The notes beneath the pieces were generated by a model that was not told the origin of the DNA, did no database searches, and saw only the letters and a list, made by a program, of their open reading frames with translations. The position numbers were made by a program, and so were the translations under genes. This document shows, piece by piece, positions 14,247 to 28,084 of a stretch of 64,000 nucleotides of DNA. Positions within the stretch are counted from its first letter, which is position 1. Each line of letters opens with the position of its first letter. This DNA comes from the human T2T-CHM13v2.0 reference genome, Homo sapiens: positions 1,248,001 to 1,312,000 of the forward strand of contig CP086569.2 in NCBI GenBank assembly GCA_009914755.4. The letters run 5' to 3'.

Positions 14247-15329
14247 CTAGCAGACACTGAAGGGAGAGGGAGAGGAACAAGCCCCAGGGACCCTTTATCC
14301 GACTTCCTTCCACCTGGGGGACTCCCTCCACGGGCCCTTGCTTTAAGGGCAAATGGCGAGGGCACCAGAACACAGGGAGGCCATGCCGGAGGTCCCTGCT
14401 GCAACCATGCGGCCCCCCAGCTCACTCCCAGCAGCCAAGACGAAGGGGGGCCTGGGCTCCCCCTAGGGCAGGCGCCTCTGATTCTCTCCACCGAGAGGCA
14501 CCTCCCATGCCGGCCTCTTCCTGGGGTGACTCCCAGAACCTTCTTGGACCCATGAACATTTCAATCTGGGGTGGGGCCTTCCCTGGGCATCCAAGTGGTG
14601 GGAATCTGTCCCTAGCCCCTAGAACTCCTGGAGGGCTGGGCCCACCTCTGTCTGCATCCCGTCCCCATTCCCCGCCCCGGGTGGCAGGGGCTGGAGAGGA
14701 AGGAGCTTCAGGCTTGAAAACCATCAAAGCAGGTTTCTTCCGAGATGGCCAGTGGTCACCTGAGATGGAGCAGAGAGCACCTGTGGCGGGCATCTTCTCT
14801 AGAAGCCGCCTGTGAGCCCTACGGAGGCCCTGGGCTTCGTGCCGTAAGACAGACGGTGTCCTGCAGGTACGTGGGGGAACCCTGTAGGCAGGGACTTTGC
14901 CTGCTTTCTCAGAACAGGACAGAGGAGTTTGGCTGGGGCAGCCCGAGGTGACCGGGATGCTGTCGCCCCAGCTCTGGGCCAGGCTGATGTGGGAAGGGAG
15001 GAAGGAGGGACAGTTACGGGCCAGGCTGACGTGGGAAGGGAGGGAGGAGGGAGGTAGGAGGGACAGAGGCCTGGCTGCTCTGCAGGGCTGGGCTCCGTGG
15101 CATCTCCTGGTGGCTGTCAGGTCCTGCCTGGCCCCACGCTGAGGCCAGTGTGATGGAGGGGCCTGGAAGCCTCATCCTTCTTGATTGCCACGCGGTGAGG
15201 GCCACAGGCATGCGCCACCGCACTGGACTCCCCCTTTCATCATCAAAGCCAAATTTTCTTCTTGTTTCATCTAGGCCTCCCATGGAGACACCATGTGTGA
15301 TTGTAAAAAAAAAAAAAAAATGAGTCAGG

Positions 15330-15905
<576 letters not shown>

Positions 15906-16273
15906 AAAACGGAGTCTGTCCAGAATTATACACAGTCACCTGTGCCAGGTAACAACCCTTCAGTCAACAACGGCCTTCCTAGACAGCGGAGGTCCCAGGA
16001 GATGGTAATACAGTAGTTTTCGTGTGCCTTTATTTGTAGACACACAAATCCCTACCATTGTATTACAGCAGCCTGCAGCACTGGGCACACTCACCTGCTG
16101 TCCAGGTTTGTAGCCCGGGAGCCTGGGGCCCTGCCGCACAGCCCAGGTGAGTAGCAGGCTGTATGTGCCACGGCGGTATGTGTGAGTGCACCCCGTGATG
16201 GGCACACAAAGAGAATTGCCTAAGGATGCATTTCCCGAAACAGGTCCCTGTCATTCAGTGACACACGTGACTG

Positions 16274-16297
16274 TGTGTGTGTGTGTGTGTGTGTGCG
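16274..16297 (+). repeat. (GT)12 microsatellite.
   Basis: 'gtgtgtgtgtgtgtgtgtgtgtgtg' followed by degenerate (GT/AT) stretches. Confidence 0.9.
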
Positions 16298-16429
16298 CAC
16301 AGATGGGTGTGTATGTGTATGTATACACACCTGAACACTCACACCTCTACACACGTGCCTGTACACGGATAGAACACATAATTTACAGAATTTATGGAAC
16401 ACATAATTTATATTACATAAAATATATAG

Positions 16430-16573
<144 letters not shown>

Positions 16574-16889
16574 TAGCTGGGATTATAGGCTCCTGCCACT
16601 ATGCCCGGCTAGTGTTTGTATTTTGTGTAGAGACAGGATTTCACTCTGTTGGCCAGGCTGGTCTCGAATTCCTGACCACAGGTGATCCGCCCACCTCAGC
16701 CTCCCAAAGTGCTGGGATGACAGGCGTGAGCCACTGCACCCAGCCTATTTCAGCTGTTTTCTTAAAGCACAAAGCAACCTACACATTCTTTTGTGATACC
16801 AGGCCACTGTAAGGGTGGAGCAGCATGTGACTTTGGTGTTATTGAGATCATCCGTGACCATTGCAGAAAACCACTCCCATCTGTGCAGT

Positions 16890-17365
16890 GAGCACCTTGA
16901 AATAGGCCGCCCAGGAGGCAGAGGGTGCACCTTGAAATTGGGCTAGGAGGCGGAGCTTGCGCCTTGAAATAGGCCGCCCGGGAGGCGGGGCTTGCACCTT
17001 GAAATAGGCCGCCCAGAAGGCGGGGTTGCACCTTGAAATAGGCCACCCAGGAGGCGGGGCTTGCCCCTTGAAATAGGCCGCCCAGGAGGCGGGGTTGCAC
17101 CTTGAAATAGGCTGCCTGGGAGGCAGAGCTCGCACCTTGATATAGGCCGCCCAGGAGGCAGGGCTTGCCCCTTGAAATAGGCCGCCCGGGAGGTGGGGTT
17201 GCACCTTGAAACAGGCCGCCTGGGAGGCGGAGCTTGCACCTTGTAATAGGCCGCCCGGGAGGCGGGGCTTGCACCTTGAAATAGGCCTAGAAGGTGGGGC
17301 TTCCACCTTGAAATAGGCCGCCCAGGAGGCGGAGTTTGCACCTTGAAATAGACTGCCCAGGAGGC
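16890..17365 (+). repeat. Minisatellite of about 35 bp in about 13 copies. The unit is 'caccttgaaataggccgcccaggaggcggggcttg', derived from the Alu 3' end and terminating in 'caggaggcggaggttgcagtgagccgagattgc'.
   Basis: Periodic units run from 16890 to 17340. They generate the overlapping minus-strand ORFs 16762..17274, 16848..17306 and 16943..17527. Confidence 0.8.
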
Positions 17366-18229
17366 GGAGGTTGCAGTGAGCCGAGATTGCATTATTGTAC
17401 TCCAGTCTGGGTAAGAAGAGCTAAACTCCAGAGTCTGTCTCAGAAAAAGGAAAACAGCTGAAATATAGGAGACTGACGCCCAGCCCAGGAACAGGTAAGC
17501 TGGGTGCACGCGCCGTGAAAACAGCACCTAGGCCTGCTCCGGTTCTCGCTTTGCAGATGCCTCCTGAACCTCAGTGCCTCCTAAGGTCAAGGCTGTGAGT
17601 TAAAGGGCTCCACCCCAGCCCAGCCCCAGGTTGGCCCAGCCATTCCCTGGTGGAGGGGCCAGGGAGGAAAGGGGGCTGTGTGGGCACCAGAGGGTGAACT
17701 GAGGTCTGAGGGTCGGGACACAGGCCGGGAACAGCAGCTGGGAGCGGAGCACGGGGGAAACGTGGATGCGCTGAGCTCCCTACAACCGCAGTGAGCATGT
17801 GCCCAGGAGGGCCTCACGGGGTGGGTGTGAGTCTGGCCTGCCTGGGCTCGGGGTGGGGGGTGTTTACAGACGCATTTCAGCCCCGCAGCAGGGGCTGGGG
17901 AGGTCCCGCTCGTGACAGTCTCTGCACCAAGGCAGGAGAGATGGAAGCCGCCCAGAGAACTGCCACTCCATAGCCTGTGGGCATCCAGGGGTGAGCGGCA
18001 GCGATGGCGCCCCATGGAGGAAACACACTGGAAATCGTGCAGAAGATGGGAAGATGCAGGCTGGAGTGCGGAGAAGGACTGAGACCCTGCCTGGTAGACG
18101 GCACCGTCACAGCAGCCGTCTGCCTGCTAGGAGGTAGGAGAAAGCCCTGTCCCCACCGCCCTCCCCGGGAGTCCCCACTGGCTACTCTGGAAGGCTGCTG
18201 GTTCCCAGAACATCCGTGGGCTGAACAGT

Positions 18230-18925
18230 TATTCCTGGCTGTCCCTCCGTCCCCTCCTCCCCGAATGCAGCCTCCATCTCCTCCTCTAAAAATGCAGCCT
18301 CCATCCCCTCCTCCCCCAATTCAGCCTCCGTCCCCTCCTCCCTGAATGCAGCCTCCTTCCCCCCTCCCAAAATTCAGCCTCTGTCCCCACTCCCCAAATA
18401 CAGCCTCTTTCCCTTCCTCCCCCAATACAGCTTCCTTCCCAAAAGCAGCCTCCTTTCCCTCCTCCTCCCCAAATGCAGCCTCCTTCCCCCTCCCAAAATG
18501 CAGCCTCTGTCCCCACTCCCCAAATGCAGCCTCCTTCCCCTCCTCCCCAAATGCAGCCTCTGTCCCCCTCCCCAAATGCCACCTCCTTCCCCCCTCCCCA
18601 AATGCAGCCTCTTCCCCTCCTCCCCGAATGCAGCCTCCTTCCCCCCTCCCCAAATGCAGCCTCTTCCCCTCCTCCCCGAATGCAGCCTCCTTCCCCTCCT
18701 CCCCGAATGCAGCCTCCTTCCCCTCCTCCCCGAATGCAGCCTCCATCCTCTCCTCCCCGAATGCAGCCTCCTGTCCTCCCCAAATGCAGCCTCTGTCCCC
18801 CCCTCCCCAAATGCCGTCTCCTTCCCCTCCTCCCCAAATGCAGCCTCTGTCTCCTCCTTCCCAAAAGCAGCCTCCTTCCCCCACTCCCCAAATGCAGCCT
18901 CTGTCTCCTCCTCCCTAAATGCAGC
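18230..18925 (+). repeat. Minisatellite of about 27-31 bp in about 24 copies. The unit is 'aaatgcagcctccttcccctcctcccc[g/c]'. It lies immediately 3' of the ASMTL poly(A) site.
   Basis: Repeated 'cctcctccccgaatgcagcctccttcccctcctccccgaatgcagcc...'. Most units contain CCTCCTTCCCCTC, which matches the 13-mer CCNCCNTNNCCNC. It generates Pro-rich ORFs on both strands. Confidence 0.85.
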
Positions 18926-18977
18926 CGTCTCCCTCATCAAAACCCCTATGGAGGAGGCAGAGACAGGCTTTTGCTTT

Positions 18978-18983
18978 CTTTAT
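18978..18983 (-). terminator. ASMTL: AATAAA polyadenylation signal of ASMTL, giving a short 3'UTR of about 115 nt.
   Basis: Plus-strand TTTATT at 18978-18983, immediately 3' of the stop codon and directly before the minisatellite at 18230-18925. Confidence 0.6.
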
Positions 18984-19093
18984 TCAGTCACGACTACACG
19001 CTCCTATGTGACTGTCCTATGGTACTTGGGGACCGGGCGGTCCACCTGCAGCCTGGGGGAGGACATCCCTATAATGAACATGCTGCCTGGGCT

Positions 19094-19314
19094 TCAGGGG
19101 GCCACTTTGGTGGCCAAGATGGCATCCAGGACACCCCCCAAGTGCACCACCTGCACCTGGTGGAAGCCGTGCAGCTCCAGCAAGCACTGATACTCGCCCA
19201 GGCTCCGCTCCTTGCCTTCAGTCTGCACCAGCATGTTCAGTGACTGCATCAGGGCGCGCTGCGCCACCCTCTTCTCCTCATCCAGGAGCGTCTCCACCAG
19301 CAGCAGGCCGGCCC
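19094..19314 (-). CDS. ASMTL: ASMTL last coding exon (exon 13, ...GAGLLLVETLLDEEKRVAQRALMQSLNMLVQTEGKERSLGEYQCLLELHGFHQVQVVHLGGVLDAILATKVAP) plus the TGA stop at 19094-19096. The acceptor is ctccctcag|GGGCC.
   Basis: ORF 19094..19297(-). The sequence is homologous to the ASMT C-terminus (...LNMLVQTEG.ER....Y..LL...GF.......G..DAILA.K). Confidence 0.92.
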
Positions 19315-19499
19315 CTGAGGGAGACAGCAGAGAGCTGGAGTCCTGGCCAGCCAGGCGGGGATCCTTCAGCAGGACACAGGGGACACAGCAGGCAACAGGA
19401 GCTCAGAACGGTGAGCAGAGGCTGCTGAGAACCCTTGGCCAGGGGGCCCACACAGGTAGGGGAGGGGAGAGAGACAGAGACTTGATGCAGGGCGGACAG

Positions 19500-22400
19500 A
19501 CAGGGAGAAGGAGATTTGATCGAAAGATGGATGGATAGATGGATGCATCACCTGGGCCTTTTCCGGTTCTCCTGGATGCATGGATGAACAGATGGTAGAT
19601 GATGGGTGGGTAGGTAGGTAGAAAGATGTATGGATAGGTGGACGCATGGATGAGAAGGATGGATGGATGAACAGATGGTAAGTGATGGGGAGGTACATGG
19701 ATGGATGGATAGATGGATGCATGTATGAGATGGATGGATGGGTGAATAGATGGTAGATGATGGGTAGGTAGGTAGATGAGTGGATGGACAGATGGATGCA
19801 TGGATGTGATGGATGGATGGGTGAATAGATGGTACATGATGGGCAGGTAGACGGATGGATAGATGGATGCATGGACGAGATGGATGGATGGGTGAATAGA
19901 TGGTACATGATGGGTAGGTAGGAAGATGAATAGATGGGTGCATGGATGAGATGGATGGTTGGGTGAATAGATGGTAGATGATGGGTACGTAGGTAGATGG
20001 ATGGATAGATGGATGCATGGATGAGATGGATGGGTGAATAGATGGTAGATGATGGGTAGGTAGGTAGATGAATGGATGGATAGATGGATGCATGGATGAG
20101 ATGGATGGATGGATGGGTGAATAGATGGTAGATCATGGGTACATAGATAGATGAATGGATGGATAGATGAATGCATGGATGAGATGGATGGGTGAATAGA
20201 TGGTAGATGATGGGTAGGTAGGTGGATGGATGGATGGATGGATGCAGGCATGGATGAGATGGATGGATGGGTGAATAGATGGGTAGGTAGGTAGATAGAT
20301 GGATGTATAGATGGATGGATGGATGGGTGAATAGATAGTAGATGATGGTTAGGTAAGTAGGTAGATGAATGGATGGATAGATGGATGCATGCATGAGATG
20401 GATGGATGGGTGTATAGATGATAGATGATGGGTAGGTAGGTAGACGAATGGACGGATAGATGGATGCATGGATGAGATGGATGGATGGGTGAATAGATGG
20501 TAGATGATGGGTAGGTAGATAGATGAATGGATGGACAGATGGATGCATGGATGAGATGGATGGATGGGTGAATAGATGGTACATGATGGACAGGTAGATA
20601 GATGAATGGATGGATATATGGATGTATGGATGAGATGGATGGATGGGTGAATAGATGGTAGCTGATGGATAGGTAGGAAGATGAATAGTTGGATGCATGG
20701 ATGAGATGGATGGTTGGGTGAATAGATGGTAGCTGATGGGTACGTAGGTAGATGTATGGATGGATAGATGGATGCATGGATGAGAGGGATGGATGGGTGA
20801 ATAGATGGTAGATGATGGGTAGGTAGATGAGTGGATGGATAGATGGATGAATGGATGAATAGATGGTAGATGATGGGTACGTAGATAGATGAATGGATGG
20901 ATAGATGGATGCATGGATGAGATGGATGGATGAGTGAACAGATGGTAGATTATGCGTAGGTAGGTAGATGAATAGATGGGTGCATGGATGAGATGGATGG
21001 TTGGGTGAATAGATGGTAGATGATGGGTACGTAGATAGATGAATGGATGGATAGATGGATGGATGGGTGAACAGATGGTAGATGATGGGTACGTAGATAG
21101 ATGAGTGGATGGATAGATGGATGTGATGGATGGGTGAATAGATGGTAGATGATGGATCGTTAGGTGGATGGATAGATGGAGGCATGGATGAGATGGATGG
21201 ATGGGTGAATAGGTAGGTAGGTAGATAGATGGATGTATAGATGGATGCATGGATGTGATGGATGGATGGGTGAATAGATAGTAGATGATGGTTAGGTAGG
21301 TAGATGAGTGGATAGATAGATGGATGCATGCATGAGATGGATGGGTGTATAGATGATGGGTAGGTAGGTGGATGGATGGATAGATGGATGCATGCATGAG
21401 ATGGATGGATGGGTGAATAGATGGTAGATGATGGGTAGGTAGATAGATGAATGGATGGATAGATGGATGCATGGATGAGATGGATGGATGGGTGAATAGA
21501 TGGTACATGATGGGCAGGTAGATAGATGAATGGATGGATATATGGATGTATGGATGAGATGGATGGATGGGTGAATAGATGGTAGATGATGGGTAGGTAG
21601 GAAGATGAATAGATGGATGCATGGATGAGATGGATGGTTGGGTGAATAGATGGTAGCTGATGGGTACATAGGTAGATGGATGGATGGATAGATGGATGCA
21701 TGGATGAGATGGATGGGTGAATAGATGGTAGATGATGGGTAGGTAGATGAGTGGATGGATGGATGAATGGATGAGTAGATGGTAGATGATGGGTACGTAG
21801 ATAGATGAATGGATGGATAGATGGATGTATGGATGTGATGGATGGGTGAATAGATGGTAGACGATGGGTAGGTAGGTGGATGGATAGATGGAGGCATGGA
21901 TGAGATGGATGGATGGGTGAATAAATGGGTGGGTAGGTAGGTAGGTAGATGGATGTATAGATGGATGCATGGATGAGATGGATGGATGGCTGAATAGATG
22001 GTAGATGATGGGTAGATAGATGAATGGATGGATGAGATGGATGGATGGGTGAATAGATGGTAGATGATGGGTAGGTAGGAAGATGAATAGATGGGTGCAT
22101 GGATGAGATGGATGGTTGGGTGAATAGATGGTAGATGATGGGTAGGTAGGTAGATGGATGGATGGATTCATGGATGAGATGGATGGATAGGTGAATAGAT
22201 GGTAGATGATGGGTAGGTAGGTAGATGAATGGATGGATAGATGGATGCATGGATGAGATGGATGGAGGGATGGGTGAATAGATGGTAGATGATGGGTACG
22301 TAGATAGATGAGTGGATGGATAGATGGATGTATGGATGTGATGGATGCTTGAATAGATGGTAGATGATGGGTAGGTAGGTGGATGGATGGATGGATAGAT

Positions 22401-23395
22401 GGCATGGATGAGATGGATGTATGGGTGAATAGATGGGTAGGTAGGTAGATGGATGCATGGATGTGATGGATGGATGGGTGAATAGATAGTAGATGATGGT
22501 TAAGTAGGTAGATGAATGGATGGATAGATGGATGCATGCATGAGATGGATGGATTAGTGAATAGATGGTAGATGATGGGTAGGTAGGTAGATGAATGGAT
22601 AGATACATGGATGCATGCATGAGATGGATGGATGGGTGAATAGATAATAGATGATGGGTAGGTAGATGAATGGATGGATAGATGGGTGCATGGAACAGAT
22701 GGATGGATGGGTGAATAGATGGTAGATGATGGGTACATAGATAGATGAATAGATGGATGCATGGATGAGATGGATGGGTGAATAGATAGTAGATGATGGG
22801 TAGGTAGATGAATGGATGGATAGATGCATGGATTGGATGGATGGGTGAATAGATGGTAGATGATGGGTAGGTAGATGGATGGATGGATGGATGCATGCAT
22901 GGATGAGATGGATGGGTGAACTGATGGTAGATGATGGGTAGATGGATGGATGGATGGGTGAACTGATGGTAGATGATGGGTAGGTAGATAGATGAATGGA
23001 TGTATATAGATGGATGCATGGATGAGATGGATGGCTGGGTGAATAGATGGTAGATGATGGGTAGGTAGGTAGATGGATGGATGGATAGATGGATGCATGG
23101 ATGAGATGGATGGATGGCTGAATAGATGGTACATGATGGGCAGGTAGATGAATGGATGGATAGATGGATGAGATGGATGGGTGTATTGATGGTAGGTGAT
23201 GGGCAGGTAGGTAGATGAATGGATGGATATAGATGGATGCATTCATGAGATGGATGGATGGGTGAATAGATGGTAGATGATAGGTAGATAGATGAATAGA
23301 TGGATAGATGGATGCATGGATGAGATGGATGGATGGGTGAATATATGGTAGATGATGGGTAGGTAGATGATGGATGGATGGATAGATAATAAATG
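19500..23395 (+). repeat. GGAT-type VNTR of about 3.9 kb (about 50 units of roughly 76 bp, 'gatggatggatgggtgaatagatggtagatgatgggtaggtaggtagatgaatggatggatagatggatgcatggatga') inside the last intron of ASMTL.
   Basis: The array is continuous from 19500 to 23395 with minor unit variants. There are no stops in one minus-strand frame, which yields the 1279-aa HPSIHPS...-type ORF 19403..23242 and its overlapping siblings. Confidence 0.9.
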
Positions 23396-23896
23396 ATAGA
23401 CAGATGACAGGTGACGGAGCATTGTTAGAAGGCCAGACGCAGTGGCTCACACCTGTAATCGCAGCACTTTGGGAGGCAGAGGTGGGAGGATGGTTTGAGC
23501 CCAGGAGTTTGAAACCAACCTGAGCAACATAGTGAGACCCTGTCTCTATTTTATTTTTTTTAAAAAAGGATGATAGATGTATAAAGAGAGACAGAGACAG
23601 GGTGGAGAGAGGGAGGAAGAGACAGAGAAGATAAAGGAGGAAGGAGGAGAGAAGAGAAACAGAGATTGATGATGATAGATGAGATACCTAAAAAGACACA
23701 GAGAGGAGGAGACAGAGAGGAAGAGGGAGAAGAGAGAGAAAGAGAGACAGAGGCCGGGTGCAGTGGCTCATGTCTTTAACCCCAGCATTTTGGGAGGCTG
23801 AGGCAGGAGGATCGCTTGAGCCCAGGAAGGGTAGCCTGGGCAACATCGCAAGATCCCATCTCTACAAAATTTAAAAAACCCTAACAGGGCATGATA

Positions 23897-24735
23897 ACAA
23901 ATGCTGGTACTCCCAAATACTCGGGAGGCTGAGGCAGGAGGATCGCTTGAGCGCAGGAGGTCAAGGCTGCAGTGAACTATGATGACAACACTGCCCTCCA
24001 GCCAAATGCTGGTACTCCCAAATACTCGGGAGGCTGAGGCAGGAGGATCGCTTGAGCCCAGGAGGTCAAGGCTGCAGTGAACTATGATGACAACACTGCC
24101 CTCCAGCCAAATGCTGGTACTCCCAAATACTCGGGAGGCTGAGGCAGGAGGATCGCTTGAGCCCAGGAGGTCAAGGCTGCAGTGAACTATGATGACAACA
24201 CTGCCCTCCAGCCAAATGCTGGTACTCCCAAATACTCGGGAGGCTGAGGCAGGAGGATCGCTTGAGCCCAGGAGGTCAAGGCTGCAGTGAACTATGATGA
24301 CAACACTGCCCTCCAGCCAAATGCTGGTACTCCCAAATACTCGGGAGGCTGAGGCAGGAGGATCGCTTGAGCCCAGGAGGTCAAGGCTGCAGTGAACTAT
24401 GATGACAACACTGCCCTCCAGCCAAATGCTGGTACTCCCAAATACTCGGGAGGCTGAGGCAGGAGGATCGCTTGAGCCCAGGAGGTCAAGGCTGCAGTGA
24501 ACTATGATGACAACACTGCCCTCCAGCCAAATGCTGCTACTCCCAAATACTCGGGAGGCTGAGGCAGGAGGATCGCTTGAGCCCAGGAGGTCAAGGCTGC
24601 AGTGAACTATGATGACAACACTGCCCTCCAGCCAAATGCTGGTACTCCCAAATACTCGGGAGGCTGAGGCAGGAGGATCGCTTGAGCCCAGGAGGTCAAG
24701 GCTGCAGTGAACTATGATGACAACACTGCACTCCA
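23897..24735 (+). repeat. Alu-derived tandem repeat of 8 copies of a 105-bp unit. The unit is 'ccaaatgctggtactcccaaatactcgggaggctgaggcaggaggatcgcttgagcccaggaggtcaaggctgcagtgaactatgatgacaacactgccctccag'.
   Basis: Unit starts are at 23897, 24002, 24107, 24212, 24317, 24422, 24527 and 24632. Because 105 = 35 x 3, the frame stays open, giving the periodic 368-aa ORF 23768..24874(-). Confidence 0.85.
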
Positions 24736-26541
24736 GCCTGGGTGACAGAGGGGGACTCCTATCTCCACAAAAAACTTTTTTTTTTTTTTCTGAGACGGAG
24801 TCTTGCTGTGTTGCCCAGGCTGGAGTGCAGTGGCGCGATCTCTGCTCACTGCAACCTTCGCCTCCCAAGTTCAAGTGATGTCCTCTCTCAGCCTCCTGAG
24901 TAGCTAGAATTAGAGGCGTGCACCACTACGCCGGGCTAATTTTTGTATTTTTAGTAGAGGCGGGGTTTCACCACGTGGCTTAGGCTGGTCTCGAACTCCT
25001 GACCTCGAGATCTGCCTGCTTTGGCCTCCCAAAGTGCTGGGATTACAGGTGTGAGCCACCGTGCCCGGTCTCAGAAAAAACTTCTTAAAAAATTAGCTGG
25101 GCATGGTGATGCATGCCTGTACTTCCAGCTACTCGGGAGGCTGAGGTGGGAGGACAGCTTGAGCCTAGGAGGTCAAGGCTGCAGTGAGTTGTGACTGCGC
25201 CACTGCACACCAGCCTGGGCAGCAGAGTGAGACCTCGTCTCAAAAAATATAATAGAGCCGGGCGAGGTGGCTCACGCCTGTAATCCCAACACTTTGGGAG
25301 TCCCAGCTGGGTGGATCACCTGAGGTTGGGAGTTCGAGACCAGCCTGACCAACATGGAGAAACCCTGTCTCTATTAAAAATAAAAAATTAGCCGGGCGTG
25401 GTGGTATGTGCCCGTAATCCAGCTACTCGGGAGGCTGAGGCAGGAGAATCACTTGAACCGTGGGGGTGGAGGTTACGGAGAGCCAAGATCGTGCCACTGC
25501 ACTCCAGCCTGGGCGACAGCGCAAGACTCCGTCTCAAAAAAACAAAAGAAGAGAGATACACAGAGAAAGAGAGAAAGAAGGAGAGACAGAGGGAGAGAGA
25601 AGAATGGAAGTCTCTTGACCATTTGAGCCTATGGGGAGTCCTGTTTCAACGCGCAGGTGCCAGGCCCTGGCTCTGTGAAGATAATTAAGCGTTGTCTGCA
25701 AATATTCCAGGAATTCTCACTGGAGCAACAACGCTGAACTCTTGAGGGAGGCTGAGTGCCCGTCAGATTCCCTTAGGGCCAGCTGGTTCAACTGTGGAAA
25801 CCCAATATGCAGCCCTGGCCCGAACCCCTGGAGCCAGGGTTTCCAGCAGCCCCACTGGGCTCCAGGAGCAGCCTGGGTGGACGGGGGAGAAACCTGATGT
25901 GAAGGCTTTGAGCCGAGACGGTGCGTGCTGTGTGTGTGTGCACGTGTGTCTGCGTAGAAACACACAGATTAGATCCAGCTGACACTTCAGCAACACGGCT
26001 GTAAACTGCAGAGTCCACTCATGCGTGGATTTCCCTCTGCCTCGGCCACCCCTGAGACAGCAACACCAGCCCACGGCTTCCTCCTCTGCAGCCTCCTCAG
26101 TGTGAAGACCTCCTCAAATGAAGACCTTTATCATGAGCCACTTCAACTTCACGAATAGTAAATATATTTTCTCTTTAGGATTTTCTTTTTTTTTTTTTTT
26201 TTTTTTTTTGAGATGGAGTCTCGCTCTGTTACCCAGGCTGGAGTGCGGTGGCGCAGTCTCGGCTCACTGCAACCTCCGTCTCCAGGTTCAAGCGATTCTC
26301 CTGCCTCAGCCTCCTGAGTAGCTGGGATTACAGGCACCCGCTATCAAGCCCGGCTTATTTTTTGTGTTTGTTTTTAATAGAGACGGGGTTTCACCATGTT
26401 GGCCAGGCTGGTCTCAAACCCCCGACCTCAGGTGATCCGCCCGCCTCGGCCTCCCGAAGTGCGGGGATGACAGGCGTGAGCCACCACACCTGGCCACACT
26501 GGCCAACTTTAAATACAGCAGATTTACCCTCCACAATTTAG

Positions 26542-27054
<513 letters not shown>

Positions 27055-27110
27055 TGAACCCAAAATACTACGTCTTAACAAAAACAGCTAACCTGACGAT
27101 GGGCTCTCAC

Positions 27111-27233
27111 CTGGCTTGCAGCTCTCGGCGACCCTGCTGAGTAACTTGTGGACTTTGTCGTCTGGCCAGTCATGCAGGATCCGGCACAGGACGTACAGCT
27201 CAGCGCTGGGGAGGGGGTCCCTGAAAAAGTCAC
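27111..27233 (-). CDS. ASMTL: ASMTL exon 12 (123 bp, (G)DFFRDPLPSAELYVLCRILHDWPDDKVHKLLSRVAESCKP(G)). It is the SAM-dependent O-methyltransferase motif region.
   Basis: ORF 27088..27318(-). The acceptor is aaaccag|GTGAC and the donor is CCA G|gtgagag. It aligns to ASMT GDFFKDPLPEADLYILARVLHDW. Confidence 0.92.
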
Positions 27234-27580
27234 CTGGTTTAAAGACAAAACGAGATACGTCCGTCAGGTATGGAAGAAGCAGTCCTCCCCGGACAGATCC
27301 TGGGACGGCCACCCGCATCCTAAATCAGGGACAGAGAAGAGAGGGGTGTGGGCGGGAATGGGTCTTCCTGAAGTACATCCCCGTGGGGACTTGAACAGAG
27401 CTCCATGAGGAGCTGGTTAGTGATGTCACGCCCGTGCGGTTTGACTCGGGCTGAGAAAACGCTGGGGACAGTGGCTCACACCTGTAATCTCAGCATTTTG
27501 GGAGCCTGAGGTGGGCAGATTGTCTGAGCTCAGGAGTTCGAGACCAGCCTGGGCAACACGGCGAAACCCCATCTCTACTA

Positions 27581-27998
<418 letters not shown>

Positions 27999-28084
27999 TC
28001 AGGTGCTGACCCTCAGTCACTGGGAATGGGACCTTATCTGGAAATAGGGTCTCTATGGATGTCATTGAGTAAAGAATTTCAAAA

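Noticed and set aside
19403-23242. The 1279-aa ORF (and the overlapping 633-, 367-, 283- and 298-aa ORFs) rich in HPSIHPS repeats, which could be read as a large repetitive protein gene.
   Set aside because: It is a stop-free frame through a GGAT-type minisatellite, a perfect periodic translation of a unit of about 76 bp. It has no start context, splice structure or sequence complexity. The same vocabulary appears as plus-strand ORFs over the inverted array at 37925-39560.
23768-24874. The 368-aa ORF with a perfectly repeating 35-aa block ([35 protein letters not shown]).
   Set aside because: It is the translation of eight 105-bp Alu-derived tandem units. Because 105 is divisible by 3, the frame never shifts.
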